From NCBI GenBank assembly GCA_963793205.1, contig CAWBZM010000003.1:79840-143839 (forward strand): DNA of 64,000 nucleotides, written 5' to 3'. The first letter of the stretch is position 1; every line of letters starts with the position of its first letter. The stretch is from an uncultured Gemmatimonadales bacterium (lineage in GTDB: Bacteria > Gemmatimonadota > Gemmatimonadetes > Gemmatimonadales > GWC2-71-9). Shown in pieces: positions 44,342 through 55,287 of this stretch. The notes under the pieces were generated by a model. The model searched no databases. It was given only the letters and a program-made list of their open reading frames with translations, and was not told where the DNA came from. A program made the translations under genes and the position numbers.

Positions 44342-45507
44342 CGGGGACACCCATCGTCGTCGTCAGCGGGCTGGCCGATGAGAACCTGGCGCTGCATGTC
44401 GTGCAGCTCGGCGCCCAGGATTTCCTCGTCAAGGGAGCGCTGACGGTACCCAGCCTCGGACGCGCGCTGCGGCACGCCCGCGAGCGCAAGCGGACGGAGC
44501 AGCGCCTGATGCAGTTGGCCCACGACGACCAGCTCACCGGCCTGGCCAACCGCACCACGTTTCATGAGCGGATCTCCCAGGCCGCCACACGCGCTCGCCG
44601 GCGAGGCACCCGCTTCGCCGTGATGTACCTCGATCTCGACAAGTTCAAGAACGTCAACGACACCCTGGGGCATGATGCGGGGGACACCCTGCTGTTCGAT
44701 TCGTCACTGAACGGGGACGGGATCGTACAATCCGCCCTCGCCGCCGACGTGAACGTTGCGCTCAAGCGGGGGGAATTCAGCCTGCATTTCCGGCCGCAGG
44801 TCACCATCGACGGGTATCGGCTGGAAGGATTCGAGGGGCTGCTCCGCTGGAACCGGGGGGACGAGGTGATCCCGCCGTCGGTCTTCGTCCCCCTGCTCGA
44901 AGAGGCCGGCGGGATCATTGCGGCCGGTCACTGGGCCATCCGGGAAGGGTGCCGCCGGCTGGCGGACTGGCGCCGGCCCACCGCGGCGGGGATCCGGCTC
45001 GCGATCAACATGTCCCCGACCCAGATCGAAGAGCCCGGGTTGGCCGAAACGATCGCCTCGGTGCTGCAGGAATTCAGTCTGCCGCCCTCCGCCCTGGAAC
45101 TTGAGGTCACCGAACAGGTGATCATGCGGGATACCGTCCGCATCAACCTGGCACTCACGGAGCTCAAGAGACTCGGCGTTCGACTGGCGGTGAAGAGCTT
45201 CGGGACTGGCTTCTCCTCCGCCGCGTTCCTTTCCCGCTTCAAGATCGACTGCCTGAAGATTGCGCGGGTCTTCGTCTCCACCACTCCTGATGATCCCGAA
45301 AGCGCCGGCGTGATCCGGGCCATCGTCGCCCTCGGCTCCTCCCTGAGCATCCGGGTCCTGGCGGACGGCGTGGAAACCTTTGACCAGCTCATGGCGGCCC
45401 AGCGGGCCGGCTGTGTGCTGGCACAGGGCGATCTCTTCGGCCGGCCGATGCCGAACTGGAGCCTGCCCCCCACCTGGGAGCCACATCGTGATGACCACAA
45501 ACCCTAA
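44338..45507 (+). CDS. eroded c-di-GMP protein: C-terminal half of a REC domain, N-terminal half of a GGDEF domain, degenerate EAL domain
   Basis: ATG overlaps the kinase stop (ATGA). The order is [29 protein letters not shown], then DQLTGLANR...[23 protein letters not shown], then directly the EAL start (EFSLHFRPQ). There is no GGDEF motif. The EAL signature reads KSFGTGFSS and LKIA. Confidence 0.85.
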   Translation: MTGTPIVVVSGLADENLALHVVQLGAQDFLVKGALTVPSLGRALRHARERKRTEQRLMQLAHDDQLTGLANRTTFHERISQAATRARRRGTRFAVMYLDLDKFKNVNDTLGHDAGDTLLFDSSLNGDGIVQSALAADVNVALKRGEFSLHFRPQVTIDGYRLEGFEGLLRWNRGDEVIPPSVFVPLLEEAGGIIAAGHWAIREGCRRLADWRRPTAAGIRLAINMSPTQIEEPGLAETIASVLQEFSLPPSALELEVTEQVIMRDTVRINLALTELKRLGVRLAVKSFGTGFSSAAFLSRFKIDCLKIARVFVSTTPDDPESAGVIRAIVALGSSLSIRVLADGVETFDQLMAAQRAGCVLAQGDLFGRPMPNWSLPPTWEPHRDDHKP

Positions 45508-45958
45508 TCGGAATCGTCCGTTCGAAATCCTCCTGGTCGAGGACAACCCGGCGGATGTGGATCTCATCCGCGACCGGCTGGAGGTCAGCACGATCCCCAT
45601 CCATCTCTCGGTCGCGACCGACGGCGTGCGGGCCGAAGGCTTTCTGCGTCAGGAGGGGGAATACCACTCCGCTCCCCGACCCGACCTGGTGATGCTCGAT
45701 CTCAACCTGCCCCGCCGGAATGGCTCCGAGGTCCTCGCCAGCATCAAGGCGAGTCCTTCGCTGCGCTCCATCCCCATCGTGGTGTTGACCTCCTCCGATG
45801 CGGAGACGGATATCGTGCGGAGCTATACCGACGGCGCCAACTGCTACCTCACCAAGCCGGTGACCCTGGCCGGCCTGAGTGAGGTGGTCGGCACCGTGGA
45901 GCGCTTCTGGTTCTCCACCGTACGCCTCCCACCCAGCGTCCCCGGGAGCATCGTGTGA
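45491..45958 (+). CDS. single-domain response regulator (CheY/Rcp1-like)
   Basis: ATG 45491. Contains [13 protein letters not shown] ... [13 protein letters not shown] ... IVVLTSS ... CYLTKP. Overlaps the preceding gene by 17 nt. Confidence 0.9.
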   Translation: MTTNPNRNRPFEILLVEDNPADVDLIRDRLEVSTIPIHLSVATDGVRAEGFLRQEGEYHSAPRPDLVMLDLNLPRRNGSEVLASIKASPSLRSIPIVVLTSSDAETDIVRSYTDGANCYLTKPVTLAGLSEVVGTVERFWFSTVRLPPSVPGSIV

Positions 45959-46103
45959 CCGCGGTCCATGGCCTCAGTCCTACCGTTATCGGCAAACCGT
46001 TCCGCGGCATGCACGGCATCCTCTCCGGCGCCCCCAGCTGCTCCTTCTCGCAGGAGCAGGAGCGGATGGATGACATGTTCGGCGATCAGCCCCGGGAGGG
46101 CTG

Positions 46104-47942
46104 ATGCACGCGGCCGAACCACTCCGGGTGCTCCTGGTCGAGGACAACGCCGCCGATGCCGACCTGGCGCGGGAGCACCTGTGCGACCTGCAGGATGCGC
46201 CGCTCGATCTGGTCCATGTGACGACGCTGCGCGAGGCGGTGGAGCGGCTGCACGGCCCGCTGCCCGACGCCATCATCCTGGACCTCACCCTTCCCGATTG
46301 TGCCGGGCTCGCCACCTATCAGCAGATCCGCCTGCTCTCCCCCGACGTCCCGATCCTGGTGCTGGCTGGTGAGTTGACCGAAACGATGCGGCAGCAGATC
46401 CTGAGCGCCGGGGCAACCGACTGTCTCGGCAAATCCCCCCCACCCTTCGAAATCCTGCATCGCGGTCTCCGGCTCTCGACGGCGCTCCGCCGGGCCGAGG
46501 GCCAGCAGCGGCAGATGGAACGCCTGGTCGGGGCCAGCCCGGATGCCGTCTTCGTGGCGGACGCGGCGGGCGTTGTCCGGTTCGTGAACCAGTCGGCGCT
46601 CGAACTGTTCGGCAAGCGCCGGGAGGATTTTGTCGGGGAGCTGCTCACCTTTGCGGTCGAACCCGGCAAGGTCGCTGAACTCGAGGTCCTGCGGGGAACC
46701 GAGCGGCGTACGGCCGAAATGCGTTCCGTCGATGTGGAGTGGGAGGGCCACGCGGCGGTCATGGTGAACATCCGGGACACCACCGATTCCCAGCGGCTGA
46801 GCGAGCAGTTACTGCAGGCCCAGAAGATGGAGGCGGTGGGACACCTCGCAGGTGGCGTGGCCCACGATTTCAATAACCTGATCACCGTGATCCTGGCCTA
46901 CGGCAGCTCCATCAAGGACACACTGCAGGAGGACGACCCGCGGCGCGAGGACCTGTCCCAGATCATGGCGGCCGCGGATCGGGCCAAGTCGCTGACCCGC
47001 CAGCTACTGGCCTTTGCGCGCCGCCAACCGATCCAGGTGCAGTCGGTACAGTTCGATACACTCGCCGAGGGCATTCAGCAGTTGCTGCGTCGTACCCTGC
47101 CGGAGCACACCACGCTTCACGTCCACTGCGCCCCGGACATCTGGCCGGTGCTGGCCGATCCCGGCCAACTGGAGCAGGTACTGATCAACCTCGCGGTGAA
47201 CGCCAGCGACGCGATGCCGCGCGGCGGCCTGATCACGGTTTCGGTGGAGAATATCGGCCGCACCGAGCACGAGGCGGGCTGGGAGGGCGGTGACGCCATT
47301 CGCGTGCAGATGCGTGACTCCGGCGAGGGCATCCCGGCCGAACATCTGCGTCGGATCTTCGATCCGTTCTTCACCACCAAGGCGCCCGGCAAGGGTACCG
47401 GGCTCGGGCTGGCCACCTGCTACGGCATCGTGCAGCAGGCCGGTGGTACCATCACCGTGGCGAGCACCCTGGGTGAGGGCACCACCTTCACCATCATGCT
47501 CCCCCGGGCGGTCGGGGAGGCGCCGCCACGGCAGGAGCCGCGCCGGGCGTTGATGGAACGACTGGATGGACACGAAACGATCGTGCTGGTGGAAGATGAC
47601 GACAGCCTGCGGCGATCGATCGTCCGCGTGCTGCGCCGCTACGGGTACGCCGTCCTCACCGCGACCAACGGCGAAGAGGGCCAGCACCTGATCGAGGGAT
47701 ACGACGGTGTCGTCGACCTGATCATCACCGATCTGATCATGCCCAAGATGGGAGGCGGTGCCCTGGTCGATTTCCTCCGGCGCACTCGGCCCTCGGCCCG
47801 GGTGCTCTGCATGACCGGGTATGCCGCGCGCCCCGGCGATCCGACGACCGGGCTGCGGGAGGGCGTCGAAGTCCTCTATAAGCCGTTCGAGCCCACGGAA
47901 CTGCTACGGCGCATCCGCGAAATGCTCACGCCGGTCGGCTGA
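46104..47942 (+). CDS. hybrid sensor histidine kinase: REC-PAS-HisKA-HATPase_c-REC
   Basis: GGGAGGG lies before ATG 46104. Motifs are [10 protein letters not shown] ... IILDLTLPD, the H-box [15 protein letters not shown], and [11 protein letters not shown]. The C-terminal REC contains [13 protein letters not shown]. Confidence 0.9.
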   Translation: MHAAEPLRVLLVEDNAADADLAREHLCDLQDAPLDLVHVTTLREAVERLHGPLPDAIILDLTLPDCAGLATYQQIRLLSPDVPILVLAGELTETMRQQILSAGATDCLGKSPPPFEILHRGLRLSTALRRAEGQQRQMERLVGASPDAVFVADAAGVVRFVNQSALELFGKRREDFVGELLTFAVEPGKVAELEVLRGTERRTAEMRSVDVEWEGHAAVMVNIRDTTDSQRLSEQLLQAQKMEAVGHLAGGVAHDFNNLITVILAYGSSIKDTLQEDDPRREDLSQIMAAADRAKSLTRQLLAFARRQPIQVQSVQFDTLAEGIQQLLRRTLPEHTTLHVHCAPDIWPVLADPGQLEQVLINLAVNASDAMPRGGLITVSVENIGRTEHEAGWEGGDAIRVQMRDSGEGIPAEHLRRIFDPFFTTKAPGKGTGLGLATCYGIVQQAGGTITVASTLGEGTTFTIMLPRAVGEAPPRQEPRRALMERLDGHETIVLVEDDDSLRRSIVRVLRRYGYAVLTATNGEEGQHLIEGYDGVVDLIITDLIMPKMGGGALVDFLRRTRPSARVLCMTGYAARPGDPTTGLREGVEVLYKPFEPTELLRRIREMLTPVG

Positions 47943-47992
47943 CGCCCCGCCGGCGGTCCCGCTTGTCCCATCGCCGGTCCCCCGGCACCTTT

Positions 47993-48017
47993 CCCCCCCG
48001 TTAGTCCCGCCCCCCCC
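47993..48017. repeat. two homopolymeric C tracts (C7 at 47993-47999, C8 at 48010-48017) in an intergenic region
   Basis: Read directly: tttcccccccgttagtcccgcccccccctcttgcacg. It lies 23-47 nt upstream of ATG 48040. Confidence 0.85.
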
Positions 48018-48039
48018 TCTTGCACGACCTGAGGAAGCC

Positions 48040-48369
48040 ATGCGTCTGGCCGAGATTCCCTTTGGTACCACTGCCTGGTCCGAGATGCCGCCCACCGAGC
48101 ATCCCGGGGAGTGCGGCCACGCCACGTGGCGCACCCGCGAGTTCGGCGGGGTCCGCGTCCGCATGGTGGAGTATTCGCCGGGCTATCGCGCCAACCACTG
48201 GTGTACCAAAGGACATATCCTGCTGTGCCTCGACGGCGAGTTGCACACCGAGCTGGCGGATGGGCGACAGTTCGTCCTGACTCCCGGGACCAGCTATCAG
48301 GTGGCCGATGACGCCGAGCCCCATCGATCCTCGACCAGCACCGGCGCACGCCTGTTTATCGTGGACTGA
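48040..48369 (+). CDS. cupin fold protein (DHCW-motif type)
   Basis: GAGGAAG lies before ATG 48040. Contains VRMVEYSPGYRANHWCTKGHILLCLDGEL. Confidence 0.8.
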   Translation: MRLAEIPFGTTAWSEMPPTEHPGECGHATWRTREFGGVRVRMVEYSPGYRANHWCTKGHILLCLDGELHTELADGRQFVLTPGTSYQVADDAEPHRSSTSTGARLFIVD

Positions 48370-48375
48370 GGATCC

Positions 48376-49041
48376 ATGTCTGCCGTTCTCTCACTCACGC
48401 GCCGGGAGCCCCCCCTGCCCCGCGCCCTTTCCCGGCAGGCGCTGCACCGGGGCGCGCGCATCCTCGCGCGCCGGCATCCCGCCTTTGCGAGACTCCTTCA
48501 CGAGCATGGCCCACCACCCGTCTGGGGGCGCCGACCCGGTTTCGCCACCCTGGTGCGGATCATCCTCGAGCAACAGGTCTCGCTGGCGGCGGCACGCACG
48601 ATGTATCGCAGGGTGGAACTGGCGCTGGGAGGGATGACACCGGTAACGGTGATGGGAGCGGGTGGAACGGGGCTGCGTCAGCTGGGCCTGACGCGACAGA
48701 AGTCGGGCTATCTCACCGCGTTGGCGGGCGCGCTGCAGGGTGGAGCGCTTGACCTGACGGCGGTGGCGCGGGCCCCGGATGCGATCGGCCGGCAGGCGCT
48801 GCTGGCGCTGCCGGGCGTGGGGCCGTGGACGGTCGACATCTACTATCTGATGGCCCTGCGCCGGCCGGATATCTGGCCGCAGGGTGACCTCGCCCTGGCA
48901 AGCGCGATGCACCGGGTGTTCCGTCTGCCCGCCAGACCGGACGCCGCCACCCAGCAGGCGCTCGCCAGCCGGTGGAGTCCGTGGCGCTCGGTGGCGGCGC
49001 GGATGTTGTGGCAATCCTACCTCGCGACCCCGCGATCCTGA
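48376..49041 (+). CDS. DNA-3-methyladenine glycosylase II-like (HhH-GPD, AlkA family)
   Basis: Contains LVRIILEQQVSLAAART ... LPGVGPWTVDIYYLMAL..PDIWPQGDLAL. Confidence 0.85.
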   Translation: MSAVLSLTRREPPLPRALSRQALHRGARILARRHPAFARLLHEHGPPPVWGRRPGFATLVRIILEQQVSLAAARTMYRRVELALGGMTPVTVMGAGGTGLRQLGLTRQKSGYLTALAGALQGGALDLTAVARAPDAIGRQALLALPGVGPWTVDIYYLMALRRPDIWPQGDLALASAMHRVFRLPARPDAATQQALASRWSPWRSVAARMLWQSYLATPRS

Positions 49042-49051
49042 CGGCGTCGAC

Positions 49052-52000
49052 CTAGCGGCCCGCCGATCCGCGACTCATTACCAGGTCCACAATCCCCGCC
49101 AGCGGCACGCTCACCCAGTCGGGCCGGTTGCCCAGTTCGTAGGCCAGCTCGTACAGCGCCTTGTCCAGCACATAGGCATCGAGCAGCTCTCGCCGCGCCG
49201 CGGGGTCGGTCGGCACCAGCGCGGACCCTGCAACGGTACGGAGGTAGGAATCGAGGAACACGGTCGAGGTCGAGGCATCCCACAACCGGGCCCAGGGATC
49301 GAGCCGCACCAGATCGCCCGCACCGCGGGCCGCATTGTCCTGCAGGGCAAATCGTGCCGCGTAACTGAAGGACCGGAGCATCCCCGCGACATCCTTGAGC
49401 GGTGAATGCTTCGCGCGCCGCTCCGCCAGGCTCCGGGCGGGTTCGCCCTCGAAATCGAGGATCACAAAATCCGAACCGACCCGCAGCACCTGGCCAAGGT
49501 GGTAATCGCCGTGGATGCGGGTCTTGACGCCGTCGGTGGTGAGGCCCCCCAGCCGAGTCAGCCGGGCCAGGATCTGAGTCCGGCAACTCATCACCCGACT
49601 CGCCAGCTCCACGACATCGTTGGGGAGGCGTGGGAGCGCCATCTTGAGCTGCTCGAAGGCATAGGCCGCGTGCTCCCGCACACCCAGGGCGAGCCCGTCG
49701 ATATCGGCGGCAGTCAGCGGTTCCGGAGCGAGCGCGGGATCCGGGATCGGTTCGGCCAATGCGAGATGCAGCGCACCGGTGCGCCGGCCCAGCACCGCGG
49801 CTGCCTCCCACGAGACCGCGAGCAAATCCTCGACCTCCTTGGAGAGTGGCCGACCGCGGTCCAGGCTGCCATCCGGGCCCAGCGCCGGTGTGAGTTCGGC
49901 GGGAAGGGTCATGGTCCGTTCGTAGTAGCGACCCAGCTCGGCGACTATCCAGCTCCAGCCATCGCCCTGGTTCGGAACGAATCGCTGCACCAGGGCCAGC
50001 GCGGCGGGCGCCACACCTGGCTGGGCATACTCGAGGCACCCCGCAAAGGCCGGCACACCGGGGAAGTGCCGTTCAGTGGTGAGATACCGGGTCAGTTCGG
50101 CATCGGGGTTGGGACCGTACTCGATGCGACGGAACAGCTTGAGGATGAACTGGCCGCCGAAGATGATCGAGCTGTTGCTCTGCTCGCCACCGATGCGGGT
50201 CACGCTCAAGTCGGCCAGCTGGTCCTTCGCGTCCGCCAGCGGCGCGGCCGGGAGGCCGGTCACCGTGCCCAGCGTCCCCGCCTGAGTGGCGGCCTGTCCA
50301 GCGAACAGCAGCAGCGTGCGACAGAACTCGTCGGAGACCAGCGCATCGTGCAGGACACCGGGGGTCCCCCCGACGGTGAGGTTGCCGATGATCGCTGCCG
50401 GCCGCTCCTCCCGCATGCGGGTGGCGGCCCCGCCCAGGGTGATCGCAACGGTCACCACGTATCGCTCGCTGGCCCCTTCCTTATACTGTAGCGCGAGTAC
50501 CAGCAGCCCGGCGTCCGGGGCAATCCGGATCGTATCCTCGATCTGGCAGGAGACGATTACCCGGGCTTTACCGCCGTACCAGCGCTGGCGGGTGAGGAAT
50601 TCGGGTAGAAAGCGCGACTCGAGCACCCGCCGCGGGTTCCCCTGCAGCAAGCCGGCGAGGGGATCCCCGGCCGCCACGACCAGGGCCGGCTCCTCGACCG
50701 CCGGGCTGGCCGGCTCCTCCCGGTTCTGCAGCTCCAGCCAGAGGAAGCCGTACGGCCCGAGCGTCAGGGGATAGGGGGTCTTACCGATGCGGGGGAACTC
50801 CACATAGCCGCGCATCTCCACCGGCGTCATTCCCGCCAGCTCGGCGAGATCCAGCTCGAACGGCTGGGCGAACCGCGACAGGTTGGCGACGCACAGCACC
50901 GTCTCGCCTTCATAACGGCGCAGGTATGCCAGGATCTTGCGATTGTTCGGCGCGAAGAACTCGATGGTGCCCCGCCCGAAGACGTGGAACAGCTTCCGGA
51001 TCGCAATCATGTGCCGGATCCAGTTGAGCAGGCTGGACGGCTCGCTCTGCCGTGCCTCCACATTCACCGATTCGTAACCGTACACCGGGTCCATCACCAC
51101 CGGGCTGTACAGTCGCGCCGGATTCGCCCGGGAGAACCCGGCGTTGCGGTCGCCGCTCCACTGCATCGGCGTGCGGACCCCGTGCCGGTCGCCAAGATAG
51201 ATATTGTCCCCCATCCCGATTTCGTCACCGTAGTACAGCACCGGTGTCCCGGGGAACGACAGCAGGATGCTGTGCAGCAGCTCGATCCGGTCCCGGTCGT
51301 TCTCCAGCAGCGGCGCCAGTCGCCGACGGATGCCGACATTCACCCGCATGCGCGGATCGGCGCTGTAGGCGAAGTACATGTAATCCCGTTCTTCATCGGT
51401 GACCATCTCCAGCGTCAGCTCGTCGTGGTTGCGCAGGAAGAGGCCCCACTGACAGCTGTCGGGAATGGCCGGGGTCTGCCGCATGATTTCGGTGACCGGA
51501 TGGCGATCTTCCAGCCGGAGCGCCATGAACAACCTCGGCATCAGCGGGAAGTGGAACGCCATCTGGCATTCGTCCTCGTCCCCGAAATAGGCTCGCACAT
51601 CCGATGGCCATTGATTGGCCTCGGCCAGCAGCAGGCGCCCGCTGTACCCCTCGTCCATGGCCGCCCGGAGGCGTTTGATCAGATGGTGGGTCTCCGGCAG
51701 GTTTTCGTTGTTGGTCCCTTCCCGTTCGATCAGGTAGGGAATGGCATCCAGTCGGAGGGCATCGACGCCGAGGTCGAGCCAGAACCGCATGACCTTGATG
51801 ACCTCCTGTTCAACCACCGGATTGTCGAAGTTGAGGTCCGGCTGGTGGGAGAAGAACCGGTGCCAGTAGTACGCCTTCGCTTCCGGGTCCCAGGTCCAGT
51901 TCGAGGTGTGGGTGTCGGTGAAGATGACCCGGGTGCCAGCGTACTTCTGATCAGTCTCGCTCCAGACGTAGAAGTCCCGCTCCGGTGAACCGGGCGGCGC

Positions 52001-52372
52001 GTGGCGTGCGGCCTGAAACCAGGGATGCTGATCCGAGGTGTGATTGATGATCAGTTCGATCAGGACCTGCATCCCGCGGTCGTGCGCTGCCGCGAGAAAC
52101 TCGGTGAAGTCCTCCATGGTCCCGTAGCTGGGATGCACGCTGGTATAGTCGGCGATATCGTAGCCGTCATCCCGCAGGGGCGAGGGGAAGAAGGGCAGCA
52201 CCCACAGACAGGTGACCCCCAGTTCCTGCAGGTAGTCGAGCTTCTGGATCAGTCCGCGAAAGTCGCCAATCCCATCACCGTTGGCGTCATGGAAGCAGCG
52301 GACGTGGACTTCATAGATGATGGCGTCCTTGTACCAGAGCGGATCGGACGCGCTGCCAGGCTGTTGACTCAC
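49052..52372 (-). CDS. treS: trehalose synthase fused to maltokinase (TreS-Pep2/Mak)
   Basis: The N-terminus is [26 protein letters not shown] ... RLDAIPYL ... [11 protein letters not shown]. The C-terminus is [23 protein letters not shown] 52372 follows GGAGG and overlaps the treY stop (GTGA). Confidence 0.9.
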   Translation of the reverse strand: MSQQPGSASDPLWYKDAIIYEVHVRCFHDANGDGIGDFRGLIQKLDYLQELGVTCLWVLPFFPSPLRDDGYDIADYTSVHPSYGTMEDFTEFLAAAHDRGMQVLIELIINHTSDQHPWFQAARHAPPGSPERDFYVWSETDQKYAGTRVIFTDTHTSNWTWDPEAKAYYWHRFFSHQPDLNFDNPVVEQEVIKVMRFWLDLGVDALRLDAIPYLIEREGTNNENLPETHHLIKRLRAAMDEGYSGRLLLAEANQWPSDVRAYFGDEDECQMAFHFPLMPRLFMALRLEDRHPVTEIMRQTPAIPDSCQWGLFLRNHDELTLEMVTDEERDYMYFAYSADPRMRVNVGIRRRLAPLLENDRDRIELLHSILLSFPGTPVLYYGDEIGMGDNIYLGDRHGVRTPMQWSGDRNAGFSRANPARLYSPVVMDPVYGYESVNVEARQSEPSSLLNWIRHMIAIRKLFHVFGRGTIEFFAPNNRKILAYLRRYEGETVLCVANLSRFAQPFELDLAELAGMTPVEMRGYVEFPRIGKTPYPLTLGPYGFLWLELQNREEPASPAVEEPALVVAAGDPLAGLLQGNPRRVLESRFLPEFLTRQRWYGGKARVIVSCQIEDTIRIAPDAGLLVLALQYKEGASERYVVTVAITLGGAATRMREERPAAIIGNLTVGGTPGVLHDALVSDEFCRTLLLFAGQAATQAGTLGTVTGLPAAPLADAKDQLADLSVTRIGGEQSNSSIIFGGQFILKLFRRIEYGPNPDAELTRYLTTERHFPGVPAFAGCLEYAQPGVAPAALALVQRFVPNQGDGWSWIVAELGRYYERTMTLPAELTPALGPDGSLDRGRPLSKEVEDLLAVSWEAAAVLGRRTGALHLALAEPIPDPALAPEPLTAADIDGLALGVREHAAYAFEQLKMALPRLPNDVVELASRVMSCRTQILARLTRLGGLTTDGVKTRIHGDYHLGQVLRVGSDFVILDFEGEPARSLAERRAKHSPLKDVAGMLRSFSYAARFALQDNAARGAGDLVRLDPWARLWDASTSTVFLDSYLRTVAGSALVPTDPAARRELLDAYVLDKALYELAYELGNRPDWVSVPLAGIVDLVMSRGSAGR

Positions 52373-55285
52373 ATCACCTCCATCGTGGGGATCTTCCCCG
52401 TGGATGCCATCGCCGCGCTCGCATAGAGCCCCCACGGCAGGGTTCGGAGTGCGTCCGCCGCGGCGAGGTGGCCATCCACCGGGATCACGGTCTCTCCTGT
52501 CAGTCGGTTGCCCCAGGCGACACGGGCCAGATCGGGGGGCAGCACGATCCGGGTCTCCTGCCACGCGGCGCTTCCGAGCGGGGGATCCTCTCCATGGGTC
52601 CACCCGCAAAGTCGGGCGGGCCGGCGCGGAACCATCGCGAGCACCGTCGCCGGACCCTCCCCACGCGCCACGGCGATCAGGTGTGAGGCGCCGGCGCCGG
52701 TAACCTCGAGCGGACGGTAGGCGCCCGCCAGCAAGATCTCGGGCTGCGCCCGACGGAGTCGCAGGGCCGCCGCCGTCACCAGCAGCTTGATGTCACCGGT
52801 GCGCCACCCCCGTAACAGCCGCACGCAGCGCCCGGCGGACTCCGGTGCCGGCTCGTCCAGAAGCAGACCGCGCAGCCCCGCGAGACGCTCCTGCCGTTCG
52901 CTGAAGTCTACCGGACGGCGGTTGTCGGGATCGACCAGGCTCAGGTCCCACAGCTCGCTTCCCTGATAGATATCGGGCACCCCGGGTGAGATCACCTTCA
53001 GGAGGAGCTGCGACACCGAGTTGAGCATCCCCAGCCACGCGACCCGGCTGGCCACCGGGAGGAACGAACGCAGGAATTCGGCGGCGGGCGATCCGAGGAG
53101 CAAATCCGCCACAAACTGATCCACCGCCGATTCATACGCCGCGTCCGGATTGAGCCAGCTGGTGTGCTGCTTCGCTTCGCGCGTGGCCTTCCGCATATAG
53201 CCCTGCAGCCGGGCCACCAGCGCCTCGTCCGGGACCGCCGTCTCCGCCATGGGCCAGGCCGCTACCAGCGCCTGATAGAATCGATATTCGTCTTCCGGAG
53301 CGGGCGCGGTCCCATCCGCCAGCTCCGTGCGCGCGGCCCGGGCAGTGCGGTGCCAGCGCGCGACCAGCGCCTGCCATTGTCGCGGCACCTCGGAGAGGAC
53401 TGCCAGGCGGGCGCGGGCGTCCTCGCCCCATTTGGTATCGTGCGTTCCGGTGGCCAGCATGGTCAAGGGCGAGTGGGCCAGTCGGGCCTGGTTCGCCGCG
53501 TGGAACGCTGCCACCGGATCGCCGTGGACCGCGGGCTCGCCCCCGACCTCATTGAGCGACGCCAGCGGCGCATACCGATAGAAGGCGGTGTCCTCCACTC
53601 CCTTCGCCTGGACCGGCGCGGTGTACTGCTGGAATTTGAGGGCAAACCGCACCCGTCGATCGTGGGTATCCCTCTCGTCCGCCGAGGCGGGTGGCGGCAG
53701 CAGCATCTCGCGGATGAATCCGAAGATGGTGGGCTCCAGCGCCGGGTTCCGCCGCAGCGCTTCGGCGATCACCCGATCCACCATCGCCGCGTCCGCCGCC
53801 GTCCATCCATCGGTGCGCACATAGGTGCGGTACGCCGGGAAACAGGCGACAACTTCCTCCAGCGCCTCCTGCAGACTGTCGAGGGTGAAGTCCCGGCACC
53901 GCCGGTCCCGTTCCGACATGCGGTTGAGCGCCGCCGCCAGCACGTTGAGCTCCGCCGCCATCGACGTTGCGATGATGGTCTTCTTGCTGGCGTACGCCAC
54001 CTCGTCGAACGGGTCATCCCGTCCGGTGAAGCGGGTGTAGAACCGGCTCAGCGCCTCGACCCCGGGAGGATCCACCAGCACCGTGTTCACCTGGTTCAGG
54101 AAGTCGTATCCGGTGGTTCCGTGCACCGGCCAGGCGGGGCTCAACCGCTCACCCGGGGCGAGAATCTTCTCGACCACCGTCCACACCGGACCGCGCGGCG
54201 CACACAGCTCGGCCAGATGGGTGAGATACGTTCCCGGCTCGAAGAGACCATCCACATGGTCCAGCCGGATCCCGGTCACGATGCCCTCCTCGACCAGCCG
54301 GGCCAGCAGCCGGTGACTGGCCTCGAACACCACCGGCTCCTCCTGCCGGATCCCCGCAAGGTCGTTCACATCGAAGAAGCGCCGGTAGTTGATCTCGTGC
54401 ATCGCGGTGCGCCACGAGGCGAGCCGATACGGCTGCGCCTCCAGCAGCTGGTGCAACCGATCAAACGAGGCCGGATTCCCCGGTGTCCCGTTGAAGCGGG
54501 CCACACTCGTGGGCATACTCGGCGCTCACCGCGGTGGAGCGCGCCAGCAGTGCCTGGAGTCGACCGAGCGCCACCTCTTTTTCCCGCCCGCGCTCCGCCA
54601 TCTCGACCGGCGCGGTCGAGGTGTAGACCGGAAGATGCTCCAGGTGAAAGACCACACTCTGCAGCTCGATCAGATCGGCGTCGTCGGCCGGAAGCCGGGT
54701 CTGCAGCCCTTCAAGGGCCAGCGCCAGCACCAGGCGGAGCTGACGGGGATTGAGCGGCAGGTCCCGTTCGTAGTACCGCAGCGTCAGGCCGGCCGCATCG
54801 AGCACCAGCCGGAGCTGTCCGTCCTCGAGGGTGACTCCATACTGGTCACCGAGGATCGGCAGCAGCAGCCGTCCCTTGAGCTCCGGCTTGACCGGATCCC
54901 AGTCGATATCGAAGCAGGTCGCGTAGGGGGACGACGGACCATTCTCCAGCATGCTGCGCCACCAGGGGTTCGCCGCCGAATCGGCCGCCATATGATTCGG
55001 CACGAAATCCACCAGCAGACCGATCCCGTGGGCCCGTACCGACTCGGCCAGCACCGCGAACCCCTCGGCGCCACCCAGTTCGGGGTTCAGCTGCTGGTGA
55101 TCGCAGACATCGTAGCCGTGGGGGCTGCCCGGACGGGCGGTGAGAATGGGGGAGCAGTAGAGCTCGGTGATGCCGAGCTCGGCGAGGTAGGGGACCAGGC
55201 GGGCCGCCTGGGGGAAATCAAAATCCCGGTTGAGCTGGATGCGGTAACTGCTGAGCGGGCGGCGCGCCGGCGGAGCGGTCGCCAT
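52369..55285 (-). pseudogene. treY: maltooligosyl trehalose synthase TreY, split by an apparent +1 frameshift between 54464 and 54516
   Basis: The N-part is ORF 54461..55285 (SSYRIQLNRDFDF...VDFVPNHMA). The C-part is ORF 52369..54516 (VARFNGTPGNPASFDRLHQLLEAQPYRLASWR...). The two frames overlap, and removing one base (for example in the CCC at 54511-54513) fuses them. Confidence 0.8.
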
Positions 55286-55287
55286 CG

